This document shows, in pieces, positions 12,620-26,500 of a DNA stretch of 64,000 nucleotides (its first letter is position 1; every line of letters starts with the position of its first letter). The stretch lies in NCBI GenBank assembly GCA_964234715.1, contig OZ174275.1, one strand, 5' to 3'. The notes under the pieces were generated by a model, which saw only the letters and a program-made list of their open reading frames with translations, was not told the DNA's origin and did not search any database. A program made the translations under genes and the position numbers. Origin of the DNA: Podarcis melisellensis. Its lineage: Eukaryota.

Positions 12620-12904
12620 TTTCCTCAACATAGTTTTTTTCCTACCCCAAAGTACTCTGAGGCTGCTTCAGCTCCTGGCAACCAGCAGCTCCTGGCCAGC
12701 CATGAAAACAACATTCACTGGGGGAGCTTGTAGCCACGACTTCTGCAACAAACAGCTGTGCACACCTTTGGGAGGCAGAGATGTGAGAGGGCATCAGAAC
12801 AGGGAGGGAAAGAAAGAAGGACAGAGGCCAGGGTTGCCTGCGGCACCCCTGATCATCATTCAAGGCACCCCAGGGTGCCACGGCACACTGGTTGAAAACC
12901 ACTG
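12620..12904. mobile_element. hAT-like element fragment (right TIR only)
   Basis: Ends GGCACCCCAGGGTGCCACGGCACACTGGTTGAAAACCACTG (reverse of a CAGTGGTTTTCAACC TIR). The left boundary is uncertain. Confidence 0.45.
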
Positions 12905-12961
12905 GTCTAACCAGATCAGTATCTGTGTATGGGCCTCTGTATGGACTGCTTGGTTCACACC

Positions 12962-13217
12962 AGAAGAAGAAGAAGAAGAGTTTGGATTTGATATCCCGCT
13001 TTATCACTACCCAAAGGAGTCTCAAAGCGGCTAACTTTCCCTTCCCCTTTCCCTTCCTCCCCTACAACAAACACTCTGTGAGGTGAGTAAGGCTGAGAGA
13101 CTTCAAAGAAGTGTGACTGGCCCAAGGTCACCCAGCAGCTGCATGTGGAGGAGCGGAGACGCGAACCCGGTTCCCCAGATTACAAGACTACCGCTCTTAA
13201 CCACTACACCACACTGG
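12962..13217 (-). mobile_element. Squam3(B)-type tRNA-derived SINE with (CTT)n tail
   Basis: Reverse complement CCAGTGTGGTGTAGTGGTTAAGAGCGGTAG...GAACCGGGTTCGCGTCTCCGCTCC (A/B boxes), CORE-like GGGTGACCTTGGGCCAGTCAC, 3' end GCCGCTTTGAGACTCC...GCGGGATATCAAATCCAAACTCTTCTTC. Confidence 0.85.
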
Positions 13218-14117
13218 AAAAAGCTGTAGGGACACGTGCAGTTGGAGTGCCTGCTCACTGTCTCATCCAAGGCAGAGTCAACTGTAGATGCCTCTGCCTA
13301 TAGTTTGTTTGTTTCTTTGGATATTGGTGATGGGACAGAATTTGCTTTCAGTGACAATTGGTTTGTCCTTAATGGAGCAAACACATCTGGAGAGCATGAG
13401 GTTGGAAAAGTTGGTACACTTTTTCTTTCATTACAGATGGACCCATGAAATGATTTCCTGCTAGTACAGTCACTATTTAATCCTTGTTCTTCTTGCTCAC
13501 ATGTATTAATTAGTACTTGGGGAGCTGCCCTTGAAAATACTTGTTTCAACATTACTCCTACTCCAAAAGTTATGAGTCAGTTTAATAGACTTGAACACAC
13601 TAACAAGGCAAGAAGTGTGGCTAGAAAGCAACTGTGACACTAAAACCTAAAAGATAAATTTGTCAGGTTTGCACTCATAAAACCTTTTAGTTCTTGTACA
13701 ACAGGATTTTCGCTTTAAATATTTAATAACCTTAAAATGTTGCATGTGATTTAATTACCTAAAAGGAGATTACCTTTAGTATGCACCTACGTCAGCTTTG
13801 AAATATATGAATGCCTCTCTTTGGCAGACAGTTTCGATTCAGCAAGGGAAGGACACCATTTACCCCTGAATGATTCACTTCTCCATTAACATGTTCCTGC
13901 TGCCAGATAATTATCAGGCCACTAGATTTTAAAAGTGTTAGGTTTCAGCATATTGATACAAATTCTGATTCATGGTTATGAGTACAGAGCCCTAGTGACT
14001 CACCTTAAATGATATGGGGTTTGAGGCTTGCTCACAAAAGCATATTGCTTCCACGACAATACCTGATTTTAATGTCATCATTGTGGAGCAGAATTTAGTT
14101 CCACCTAGAACCGTAGA

Positions 14118-14478
14118 GGGACGCGGGTGGCGCTGTGGGTAAAACCTCAGTGCCTAGGACTTGCCGATCGCATGGTCGGCGGTTCGAATCCCCGCGGTGG
14201 GGTGAGCTCCCGTCGTTCGGTCCCAGCTCCTGCCCACCTAGCAGTTCGAAAGCACCCTTAAGTGCAAGTAGATAAATAGGTACCGCTTTATAGCAGGAAG
14301 GTAAACGGCGTTTCCGTGTGCTGCTCTGGTGCCGGTTCGCCGGAGCAGCTTCGTCACGCTGGCCACGTGACCCGGAATTGTATGCGGACAGCGCTGGCTC
14401 CCGGCCTCTAGTGAGATGAGCTCACAAACCTAGAGTCTGTCAAGACTGGCCCGTACGGGCAGGGGTACCTTTACCTTT
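14118..14478 (+). mobile_element. Full-length Sauria SINE (Squam1/POM-type) with 13-bp TSD
   Basis: GGGACGCGGGTGGCGCTGTGG head, B-box GGTTCGAATCC, body GTGCAAGTAGATAAATAGGTACCGC and (ACCTTT)n tail. TSD TAGAACCGTAGAG at 14106-14118 and 14478-14490. Confidence 0.93.
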
Positions 14479-16914
14479 AGAACCGTAGAGCTGGGTGCAG
14501 CCCAAAATGTTTCAGCACCAGAAGCAAAATGCCCCTGCCACCCCCGTTAGGTTAGGGACAGCTGCACTTCACTCCTACAGTGGTGGTGCAGACAGTATGG
14601 AAATTAAGTGTTTTGCTGCTGACTTTACTGTTTCAAGAGAGTCAAACATGTCCTAAGCTTCAGAGTAATATTTGTGTATCAGTGTTCTAGAGAATGCAGC
14701 AATAAACCTTGGGGGGGGGGGGATACACTGTGGCAAGATAAATTACAGTTGTGTGAGGGGTGAGTTTAGGGAAGCAGCAGGCTATAGCTCTCCTGCCATA
14801 CCAAACAGTGATTCTTTTGCTACTTGGGAATGATAACAAAAGCATGGCCCCTGTGCATTTGCAGAAGCAAGCCTCATCTGCATTGTTCAATGAGATGACT
14901 TCACAACATTGTTTGGGTAGACTTGCTATTTGAAAAAATATATTTGTGCATTTAATGTAGTTCAATTTGTCTGCAGCCACAGAATTGCCATACGCTATAG
15001 GCTGTACTACAGCAGGAAAAAAGGATCTCAGATGTGGAATGCCATCTTCTCACTGCAAGTAGGGTATGCAACCTGTTGGTATGCAGACTAATCTTTTGAA
15101 GTATGGTCCTCCTTATTTATTCTCCCCTATCTATTTTTTTTCCTTAGCAATTTGCACAACATAGGTTTCTTTTACTCCCATCTGCTTCCTGTTCAGAGAG
15201 TGTTCTTGGTTTCAAAAGGCACTTCCTTTTGCCTCCTTTTAAACCCTTGTACTGTACTCTTCCTTTTTGACGTTTTTGGTTGGCCTTCTTAAAATATGCA
15301 AACCATCTGTGCTTTTATATACTGATCTTAAACAGCCCCTACTCCAGATTTGTACTTCTTAAATTCGTCCTTCAGCCTATAATTAATAATCTTCCATGTA
15401 AATTTTAAACCTGTCATTTTAATGAGGGGAGCCTCTCTTGACTATATCAAATCCAGTTGTCTAGTGCTTACTGCAAACCAGCCATGAACATTGCTAGTGT
15501 ACCACACAGGGCCCTGCTCTTGAAACTTACATGAAATATCCAGGCGTCCTTTATGTCAATGTTTATATCAAGCCAGATGTTACCTTGTTTATATTTAAGA
15601 TTTTTCTATCATACGTAATCTATAATTCTGTCCAAAAATATAGTCTTTTACATGTTTTCATTTCTTGTACTGTTAATTTTAATTATTAATTTTAACTGTA
15701 TTTATTGATAATTTTAATATTTCTTGTAAACTGTTTATGTTTTACTACAGTAAAGAGATATATAAATATTAAATTAAACAAAAAAGGGTGGCTCTGATTG
15801 CCTGATCCCACAAGCAACTGGTCATTATACATGTTATGAAGTCTTCCAAGCTATCTTTAAAGACATCCCTGTACTTGGGCACATTACTTGTAGAGTAGAA
15901 GCTGGATTGGAGTTTATTAGTAGATCTCTTGAGTGATTTGTAATGGATTGACAAGGGCTTTCAACTCCCTGCCTATCAGTAGCAACACAAAAGGGCTTGT
16001 TCTCTCCCACTCTGGTTGCTGAAAGAAAGGCTTGGGGGAAAACCAGGAGTAGATTTTTGTGTGGAAGGATTTATGAGCTTGTTCTGAAACTGATCACAAA
16101 TTGCTGGGCTGAGCATGTGCTTAGCCAAGTGGTTGTATGGTATTTTGCACCTTGCTCTGATTGGTGAATCTCAGGGTTCAAGCTTCTCCCCCCCCCCCCC
16201 CGGGTAGGTCCCACAAGCATGGCCTGTCCACTCCTGTTACAGAGCATTTCTCTTTTGAAAATTAAAATCTTTGCAAATGTATTAATAGATTAAAAATGTG
16301 ATAGTGGGCGTGACGTGGGTGTGGAGAAAATGAGGATGGTGAAAATTTAATCCCTAATGCTTTTTTCAGCCTGCCTGTGTTTTAAATAGAATTAAAGTCT
16401 GAATTGGGTTTTATCCAGTTTCCCGCACTTGGCAACCCTTGCAAGTTGTAACAGATGAAGTTCTACTGTTCCATTCAATGAGCTTCTTCCCATATCTTTT
16501 TTTCTGATGACTTCTTAATTCCTTGAGAATTCAACCCAGGATTCACATCTGTTCTGTTTGGAGAGAGGTTGAAAGCCCAGTAAAAACGCCCCTCTGGGCG
16601 TAGAAGTTGTGTGGTACATAAAAACTCATATGTTGACATTTTGACTTCATTTTTAGATGAAGTCTAAAAGTATAGATCCTGTTGCACTTGAGTAAAATAG
16701 CACAATTTTAATATATGAGGGGAAGAAAAGGGTGTAGCATTGCAGAAGTGGCTGTTAAAAGATGACTGTTGTGTATGAAACAATGGCTGGAGACATTTTT
16801 TTTTCCCACTTCAAGAAGTTGAAGGTGGCATGGTATAAGTATGTATATTTATTCTATTCTTAACTCTGGTAAACATGCTTTAGTCTCAAAAATCTGCAAT
16901 AGTTGTTCTATGGG

Positions 16915-16961
<47 letters not shown>

Positions 16962-17010
16962 TTTTTTTTTATTTATATCCTGCCCTCCCCAGCCGAAGCC
17001 GAGCTCAGCT
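16915..17010 (-). repeat. (AAT)n microsatellite forming the tail of a very short L2-type 3' end
   Basis: (AAT)n at 16915-16961, followed by TTTATTTATATCCTGCCCTCCCCAGCCGAAGCC. Confidence 0.7.
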
Positions 17011-19681
17011 CAAGTACATGTACATACCAAGTACAATAATGCATCTAGCATCCTTCCTTTGTCTTTCCTAGAATCTATTGTCTGTCACCAGCCTTAGTCA
17101 TTCATTCTACATTATAGAGACAGCTCCTGCAAAATGTTTGTCTGTCACTAGGAAAACAGAAACAAATTACTGTTGTCTGAACTTCTGTTCATAGTTATTT
17201 TGAATCAATGTCATCTTTTGGCGATGTCTGTGATGAGTCAGAATATTGCACAGCGTGAAACACATAGCAGGTAAACATGGTAGGATCATCAAGCAATTCT
17301 ACACATTGATTGGTATTGGATTTTCTGATCGGATTTTCAGTAAGATGTTCAGAAAATCTCACAATAGCAAAACACCTGGCAGTTGAATTTTTGTGCATTA
17401 TAATGTGCAAGTTGCTTCTTTAAATGTTATTCTTCTAGTGAGCATGGTTGTAATTTGCTTTGCTTCATAATACACCATGAGGTCTAAACAGTTAAAACCT
17501 ATGAAGATTATTTATAAATGTGTATTTCTGAAGCATTATTTAGTAGCCTGAACTAGCGTAATAGTTCCTCTCGCCACATGAAAGCTAGCTTATGGTTAAG
17601 CCTTTGTGCCCAGGAGCCTATAAATTTAATTTGTGGCATGTCACCTCATACAAACAAGGAAAACATCCCTTTTCAGATCAAATGGTATATGTACTGAAAA
17701 TCTAGAGGTGGTAAAATTTTGGTATTTTTGAATGCTCCCTGGGTCCTCTGACATGAGTGTTTTACATGGAAGAGCATTCAGGAACACAGTCCTTCACTTC
17801 AGGCTGCAAGTGATAAAGTATCAAATTCTACCACCTCAAGTCTACATACCAGAGCTCATAGAATGGCTCTGTGTGTTGAGCATCCAATTTTCTGCTATAT
17901 ATTTTAATGTGCAAAAGAGCCTTTTTCCCTTTGGCTAATCTGTGAAGCAGCTTCCTGGCAGTCTAGCCTGCTTCCCAGCCCTACTGCTCAAGAATTCAGG
18001 GGTTTTGCTGTTTAGGTTCCAATGTGTAAGCATTGATAAAGACCCGCTTCAGCTGTCATTTTCCTTTATTATGTGACTTCCGAGAGGAGTTCTGTCAATT
18101 CACGCTTGTTTCACCTTCTTTAGTATATTAATGCCCTAGCAGAACCATTAAGGAGAGTGAAATGAAGTAATTGAAATAGTGCTGCCTCTTACCGGGTGTC
18201 ACCTCAGTGCACAATTACTGTTCAAAGAGAAGGGCTTTCTCATTCTCTGAAAAGACGAGAAGCCTTTTTTGTGCCACTCATTGTCCATCTGCGAATAGGT
18301 AAAACTAGTCTCCATAAGCATAGTCTACTGTTCAGTTTCTGTCTGATCAGGCCTGTTTTGTTCTGTGCTGACTGAGAGGGGAAGAGTGCCACCTATATGT
18401 GCATGTTGCACAGCTAACAACAGTAAAAGCAACATTTCACAATCCGCTGCTGTTAAGCTGGGGAGGCACTCAGTTGGGCAGCAAGTTCTTTCATTATAGA
18501 GAGGTGGGTCTTAATTGATGTTTGGCTCTTGAGCCAGTTTTAGAGAGTGTATAGAAGCAAAATGGAATAGAAGTGGTGTTTATGTACCTTATGTACCAGA
18601 CGTTTCACCTTCTGTACACAGAGATCAAGGGCTGCCAGGAGAAGGATGCAATGACACTTGTATAGGTGTAGCTGATAGAAACAGGGAGATTTTAGAGCAG
18701 CAAAGGAGGAGAAGCTGTAGCAGTGAAAGCTGTAGGGAACCTAGTCAAGGGAGGAGAAGCACTGGCAAGAGGGACAACTGCTGTAGTCTACTTATGTGAA
18801 AGTTGCTTAGAATAAATGTGATGCAAAGCCTTTGAGTTAGGAGAGTGAAGAAGAGGGCACAGCCCTCTTTTAAAGAAGAACTATTTGGTTTTCTCTCACT
18901 CAAAAGCAATGGCTGTGGTTTCCTCTTTGTTTCCAGCCTTAGAGTTCTATTTATTTTTTTGTAAATAGAATCTGACGTACTTGTGTGGTGTCCTTTGGTT
19001 CTGTGGTATGGTTGACTGTCCAAATTCAAGATAGCTGTGATAAAAACAAACGGTTGATGATTGTAGAGAAGCTAGAAACAGATGGTCATAAACTCCAGCA
19101 CATGGGGCAAGTACAATAGGACAATGCAATCACCTCCAGGCTAGAAGATATTGCAATGTGGGTAGGAAAATTGCACCGGCATCACCATCTTTCCCAACCA
19201 CCAAGGGGAAGCTTATGCCAGATTTCCCAGACTTCTCACTTTACCCCTCACATCTTCTATAACAAATGTAATGTACAATTCATAGGTTGGTACTACTAGG
19301 CAATGCTGGTGAAATAACCCTGGGATATTTCAGTGAATTAAAATGATGTGAAATTGCACACTTGGTGGCTTTGTGTTTTGGGCCAGCTTCATGCATTTAG
19401 CTGAATGGTAATATCCTTCATGTAGTGGGGTGGAGACCACAGTTCCAGGTATGTGCAAGCTGAGACCATGAAAATATGCAATGTGTGGGCTGTTATCAGT
19501 GATCCTTCCACCCCAGTATAAGATAACGTGTGAACACATGACCCAGTGGTGATGCCCACTCAAGTGGAATCAGATTTGCCCACTCCCAAAGCCTCACTTG
19601 CCACCATGTGCAGCTAGACTGAATATCTAAGAATATCTAAACTAATTTGATGATTAATGTTGTTTTTCTCTTAATCTGCAG

Positions 19682-19752
19682 GGTGCCCACACTGCAAAAA
19701 CTCCATCCCCCATTTCACAACAGCTGCAGAACTATTTAAAGAAGATCGAAAG
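19682..19752 (+). CDS. PDIA5: PDIA5 coding exon, third active site: (W)CPHCKNSIPHFTTAAELFKEDRK
   Basis: ctgcag acceptor, 71 nt, donor gtaatc at 19753. CPHC is the characteristic third active site of PDIA5. Confidence 0.97.
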
Positions 19753-19924
19753 GTAATCCCATTTTGGATTGTTTCTAAGGTGTTATGCAGAACATCACAG
19801 CCATCCTTTTCTGCTAACAACTTTTATCCAGGTTTTAAAATGGTGAAATGCTGGGCTTGTGCTTTAAAGCAGTGACAAAACAACTGAATAAATTAATCTA
19901 TCACCTAAAGCGAAGGCAGTGAGC

Positions 19925-20062
19925 CAGGGGTGGATAACCTGTGGCCCTCCAGATGTTGATGGGCTCCAGCTTCCATCAGCCCTAGCCAAAATATGCAGTG
20001 GTCAGGGATGATGGGAGTTATAATCCAGCAACATCTGGAGGGCCATAGGTTCCCCATCCCTG
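19925..20062. mobile_element. ~138-bp hairpin hAT MITE
   Basis: Long inverted arms CAGGGGTGGATAACCTGTGGCCCTCCAGATGTTG / CAACATCTGGAGGGCCATAGGTTCCCCATCCCTG. 8-bp TSD CAGTGAGC / CAGTAAGC (7/8). Confidence 0.85.
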
Positions 20063-20692
20063 CAGTAAGCTAACAAATTCCACTCATTTCTCCTAATTTG
20101 TTGCTTAAATAAATGTGGTTTGGTTCATGTTACTCTCCCATGATATACTACTTTTTCTCTCTCTCTTCAGTCTCAACTTGAGACATACAGTTCATTTCAA
20201 ACTCAAAGGCCAAGATTCAAAGAAGGGAAATACAACACTTGAGAAACTCTGGAGCTTCGCTTCCTGCTGTTAGTGCAGCTGATCCTGCTGCTGAAAGAGA
20301 CCACCTGCTTTTCAGGTTGTCCTTATTAATCAGTGGACCTTCCATGGCTTGATGCAGAATTGGCTCAACATGTACAGGCTTTCTCAGATAACTCTTCAGG
20401 ATGGAGGGAATCTCACACTCCACCCAAAAAACCCCTGTCTTCTAGCACATAATTCAGTGCCTTATTCAGTGGCCCTGCTAACTTAAGTTTCGAGAGAGAT
20501 GTAAAAGGCCTCCAGGCGTTCATTTTAGAGCTCAGATAACTGTAGATTCCCCTGATCAAGATTGTGGATGCTCCCCATCCTGATTGAGCAGCTGCTTATA
20601 CGCCTTCTATGAAGCCCTCTAATTTTAGTTTTTAGCTATTCTTTTACTACCTTATAGGGTAGTAACAACTTTGTTTGTTGATCATGTAACTA

Positions 20693-21148
20693 CCATATTT
20701 TTCATCCCATAGGACGCTCCATCCCATAGGACACACCTAGTTTTTTGGGGGGGGAAATAAAGAAATAAAAATTCCTTTATTTCCCCTCACCCAAAACCTT
20801 CCAAACCAGCACCAGCTTCCAAACCAGGTTGAGGAACAGCGGGATGGCAGTGCTGCGCCTCCCTGCTGTCCCCCAAGCTTGTGGGGCTGGCCGATGTCTG
20901 CCCAAAGTGCTGGGTGCTCTGCTTCAGGCTGCTATCCGCAGCCTAGGGAGCCCTGCAGGAATTCCCGCGGGCTCCCCAGGCTTGCTGATAGCTTCCTGAA
21001 GCCTGGGGAGCGAGAGGGGTCGGTGCGCACCGACCCCTCTCGCTCTCCAAGCTTCAGCGAAAGCCTGTATTCGCCCCATAGGATGCACACAGATTTCCCC
21101 TTCATTTTTGGAGAGGGAAAAGTGCGTCCTATAGGGCGAAAAATACGG
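20693..21148. mobile_element. Tc1/mariner-superfamily (Tc2/pogo-like) MITE
   Basis: TIRs CCATATTTTTCATCCCATAGGACGC / GCGTCCTATAGGGCGAAAAATACGG, flanked by TA on both sides. GC-rich interior with internal palindromes. Confidence 0.85.
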
Positions 21149-23359
21149 TAGAAGTTTTACTGAGGCCAGTAAAAAAAACCCAAACCCGCTCAGGTAAACT
21201 TTGTAAAGAGATGTTTAAAAGGGCAGGACTTATTTAAAAGGAACAAAAAAAAAGGTTGTGAGGAAGTACTCTAGCAGGTACACTTTCCTCCCCCAAGACT
21301 TTATATTAAATGCAGATTAGATGCATAGCATTTTGCTACCAGAGATAGGAGCTGAACTAGAGCAGGACTCGTAACTGCAGTCATATTGGCTGAGAGAAGG
21401 AACTGGACATCACAGCTTACCCCTTCAGTAGCAAGAAACACAAAGAACAAGTTGCAGTGAATCCACTTCTCTCCTACTTTTCATGAGGTTCTTTAGGAGG
21501 AGAAAAGCTGCTCCCAAAATGCAACTCCCTGTCTACGGGCTGTGCCTCAGAAGGCACGCTTCCTAGTTGTGCTGCGGAGCCAACACCTCCTCACACAAAT
21601 AATGGTGGGTGGGGTGCACCTGGAAATGATTTCTTCTGCCTGGGGAGTCAAGTGTTAAGTTTATGAACCCAGAGAGAACATTTGGATAGATGGGTGGATG
21701 GGTGGATTGGACTCCCGTGAAAGGCTCGTTACTATCTGAGGAGGGGAAGAGAGAGGGAGAAAACGGATTGTGTTAAATGATATATTGAAAAAATGAAAGA
21801 TGGCTGTCTTGCTTTTTAAATAATGTTTTGATTGGCTGATATTTACTTTGTGGGTCTGCTTCTTGACTAAGATACTGTAGAATGAATAAACGAATAAGGT
21901 CCTGACCCTTTTAGTGTGCACCCAGCTTCCCCCTGCCCACACCATCAGTGCTAAGCAATGCATCTACTGCATCTTTATTAATGAATGAGGGAATCCTTTC
22001 CTATGCATCATCTTGAAGCAATTTCTAAATAAACAAAACCATTTATTCCTTCAAATAAAGCCTTCCACACATGAGATGCTATTCCCCCCATGGCTGCTAT
22101 GTGTGTTTGTGTGTGAATACCACAAACTTGGGGAGAGGGAATTATGTGGGTCATTATCAACCAATGAGATCCCTGCCAGGATGTCTGTGTGCTTAATATC
22201 AAAGAATGCTGCTAAACAGATGGGTGAAATTCCACAGGCTCAATCCTTCCGCTGGGTAAAATGTCTGATTGTTCAAAAACTGCTGAAGATTGAGAGAGGG
22301 TCTTTTAGCCCTCGAGACGATGATTGATGGATGGAACCCTTATTTCAGCCAGTGGTAGTTAACAGCTAAAGTGCCGTGGTATAAAATTTAATGAGGTGGA
22401 ACCAAAGTTCAAATTGAGAATATTGAGTTTGGTGGGGGTTCCTCAAGGCCAGGCACACAGGAAAAACAGCTTTGTTTTCCCCCCTCTTGACTTTTCAAGG
22501 TGGTAGAGATTGATAATTTTGGACTCCTCCTTCAGTCATACACAATCCAATTCTGCTGAAGTACTTCTTGTGGTCTGCTAATGTCCTTAATGGATAATTT
22601 ACAGAGGCTGTAGCACAGCACAGGAATGCAAGTGCTAGATAATTTCTTTGCAGCTACTTCTTTTTTTAACAATTCTTTTGTAAAGTTTACACAAGTGTCT
22701 TTGTGGACTGGTTGCTCTGCAGTTCACTGCAGAGAAAATGAACAGGGCTCCAAAATAACTGCTCTAAAACCCAGTAAGGTTTAATTTAAAAGAAGAAGAA
22801 CAAAAGGCTAGACTTTCAGTAGCTTGGTTTCTTTGATATTCCATATCTGTGAACTTTTTCTCTTCCTGCAGTATTTCAGAGGAAGGTTTTTTTTTTCTAT
22901 CTAAGAATGTTTTCCTATTTATGGTTTCAAATGATGACACCAGGTCAGAACTTTCATATCACTCACATCAGTAGAGAATGCATTTTAGTGGAGGCATTTT
23001 GCATAAGGATTATCTAGTGATGAAATCAATTATGTTCCTGCAGAAGGCAAGATGGATCCGTGCCCCCACCTTGCTGGATTCTTTGAGCAATCAGCTATCA
23101 TTTGGCTCTTTCCCTCCCTGATCATTATTAAGAACTGCCATATAGCTTTGATAATTTGGGCTTGTTTGCTGCTCCCACCTCCCACATACCTTTTTGCAAC
23201 ATATCTTCTAAATTGTCGTCCTGTGGGGAGGGACTGTCAGTGTGTACAGCACTTGGCAAATTCATGCTCTTTATTATTTATTAATTTTAACAACCAAAAA
23301 TTTGAATTAGTTCTAAGTGTTCCAAACTCAAGATGCCATTGTAAAATGTTTTCTGTATA

Positions 23360-23583
23360 CAGTGGTACCTCTGGTTACGAACATAATTCGTTCCGGAGGT
23401 CTGTTCTTAAGCTGAAACCGTTCTTATCCTGAGGCACGCTTTTGCTAATGGTGTCTCTGGCACACGACTTCCGCTCGCATCCTGGGGCAAAGTTCGCAAC
23501 CAGGAGCAACTACTTCCGGGTTAGCGGAGCTCGTAACCCAAAGCGTGCATAACCAGAAGCGTTCGTAACCAGAGGCACCACTG
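23360..23583. mobile_element. Tigger/pogo-like MITE (CAGTGGTACCTC TIR family), divergent subfamily
   Basis: TIRs CAGTGGTACCTCTGGTTACGAAC / GTTCGTAACCAGAGGCACCACTG, with TA on the left. Homologous to the copies at 43481, 46072 and 62198. Confidence 0.85.
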
Positions 23584-26500
23584 TGTACATAAGCATGTGT
23601 TGGCAAGATGCATGTCTTATACAGATGCAGAAGTAGCTGGCTTATTAGGGTGAATGGCCACTGCCCTATTAACCTTCATGTACGCTCGAGCAGCTTTCTT
23701 TCTTTCTTAAAACCAGTCATGGGGTGTCTCTACCTGCCACTGGCTCTGGCTCCACCTACTACTTGGTTTCCCTGTCTTCGGCTTTACAGGTCCAGTGGGT
23801 ACCAGCCATCATAGTACAGATCATACGTCATAATACTCTTAAGCGAGACTGAATTAGGTTTGGTTCCCTGAAGTTGGTGACAACCATGAGTTTTGTCACA
23901 GCTATGTTATATATTAAACAGCCCTCACAGTCAAGTGTGGGTTGATCTCCTGGAAATCCCCTTGTGCCTTCTACTAGGCCCCTGCAAATCCCAAGACATC
24001 TCGAGGTTCCACGGTTAGCTTGGCCAAGAAGCACTGTGTTTATGATGTATAATACTTAACAGAAATAAAGCAACAGCACAGTCATTGTCAGGGAACAGAA
24101 GATTTGCAATACGCCCCATGCAGAACCCAACCTTTAAGTCATTTGGCAACAACATCCTTTTCTGTGTAAGCAGAGATTTGTCATCTTTAGTTGACTACTT
24201 TCTAAGCTATTCTTTTCCCGACTGAAATGTTATCCTTTTTAAAAGAACACTTAGGAAGGGGGGAGAAATTAAAAACCTGCCCTTTTTCATTCCTTTCCAA
24301 AATCAATGTTCAGTTAGTTATTCACTTCCATTTTCATAACAAAAGTCAATATTTGCTCCTGCAGAGATTTATTTCCTTGAATCAATAAGCTGATGTGTGG
24401 TGGTACATATTTTAATGGGAGAAAGGCCAAGTGCTCCTGCAGGAGACTTCTATTATTACAGGCTCCTGTGGTAGCTAGAAAGGCAGTCTGTGAAAAGAGG
24501 GGGGGAAAGGCTGGACAGAGGTGGGTGGGTGGGTGTGGGTATGGGTGTAAACCAGAGGCACTTCAAGGTTTGAGAATGCACCGAACCAGGGGTCCTCTGC
24601 GAAAGGACCCACACTGCTCTGGTCATTTCTCCACCACTGTTGCCCTGGCCCACTGCTTTCTCCTACCTCCACTTCTATGATGGTGTCCTCCTTGCTGCTG
24701 CCCCACGTTTTAAACCTTTTGGTCAGCAGAGCCATTCTTATTTCCTCTCTCCTGCCTCCACTGCTGCTGCCTGTTACTCCGCTTGTGCTTTCTTAAAAAA
24801 CCTTTTTGACCAACTAAGTTGCTAGTGCTGTGTATCACTTTACTGGCTGAACTTCCAGCAGCCTGCCATTTGCAGCTGGAACCTGGGTTGCACAGTGATT
24901 TGCTTCATAAGGCACAGTGCAGTTTCCTCCGCCGCCCACAATCAACTGCTCCTCACTTTATAGTATCATCTGGGGAGTGGAGAGCATAGCGTGTTATTTT
25001 GCTTAGCTACCCACCCAAGTACAGGGACTGTGGGGGCCTGAACTTTGGCCCTGAAGTCTGCATGTAACGGAGTCATTTAAGTGAAGCAAAGCTGAATATG
25101 TAGTTAATTCTTTGCCGTTTGCTCATTTGAGTTTGAATAATCACTAGCAGAGGCTTGCTCCAATTGCCAGACCAAGAAGGAAATCTGGTTGAAGAGTTGA
25201 GGTGTAAAACCCTGCGACTAAAGATGTAAGACAAAAAGAAATATTGATTATACTGTACTGTATAATATCTTTGTTTTAAAGTGCTGAAGATGAGTACTCC
25301 TCAGGATTGACAAGCCATTGTAATAACACACTGACCCATTTCTGAGATCACACATGACCTTATTAGACTCCTGGCTACTACCCAATTCTGACTTCATGGC
25401 AGAGGCCACCACCCATGGATAGGTGCCGTGTGCAATTTCCCTCTTTCAAAAAAATACTCCAGGTGTTCTGTTGAACATTTCTGAAAAGGAAAAGGAAATA
25501 GCACTGCACAGGAGTGCTGAAGTTAAAAAACAACAACCCTAAAGCTAGCCTATATTTATTTGTAATTTCTAACACACCCAAAATCACTTTTAAATTTTGT
25601 ATTTACCTTTTATTATCATTTCATTCCACGCTCCTCCACATTTTTACTCCAACACACCTTCAGAAGATGATTTATACATAGTTGGCTGTGGGATGGTCAA
25701 ACTATAAAACTGAATGCTAAAATCTGGACGGGAATCTGACAGACAAGGATTTCATAATGATTCCTTAAAAAGGGAGGGAATAACTGCAGCATGTTGCCGG
25801 ATCTGACCACTTTAACTTGCCTTATTATGATGTATCAAGCAGGTGATGACCATAGAGTTGCATAAGGCCAGAACTGAATGGTTTTTGCAACTATCACCCC
25901 CATTCCACTTCATTGGTGGCTGTTTTCAGGGTTAAGGAAAGCTGGATTATGACCATGTCACATCATACAATTACTAGAGCCCTATTTAGGGATCCAGTCT
26001 TGTGTGTAAAACAAAACATGAGAATAAGGGTTGATGTGTTGCCAAGACTAACCCACTCTCTCAATAGTTTTGAGCCCTCCACAAGTATGAAGACAAAGGT
26101 TTGACATGAGGAGAAATGTCTACTTGAGGCTCCCCCCACTATTTTGAACCCTGAACAATCAGGATTCTTAATCTTGTGGCCAAGGTCCATGAGTACAAGA
26201 GGCTGCCTCCCTCAGGCCCTTGCCCCTCACACTTATGTAGAGTTGACATGCCAGAGAGGGTGGGGCTTGGCAGAACACCTAATTTCTCTTCACATGCTTG
26301 CTTGCAAGTGAGGGGATTCAGCACCCAAATCAGGCTTATATTATCAGAGAAATTGGGGGTATAAAGCGGCTGCTTTTGACAGAAGACACAAATGTAATAA
26401 AATAGCTAGTTCTGGCCTCAGACTCAAACATATATTGCCACTTGGAATACAGATTGAGTGTTTTAACCACCAGTTATATCAGCTGTCAGTGATACAAGGG

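Noticed and set aside
12552-13034. Longest ORF (160 aa) as a nested gene
   Set aside because: It runs through a hAT fragment into a SINE tail, where EEEEE comes from (GAA)n. No recognisable domain.
19925-20062. pre-miRNA-like hairpin in a PDIA5 intron
   Set aside because: Explained by a multi-copy palindromic MITE with a TSD. There is no evidence of processing.
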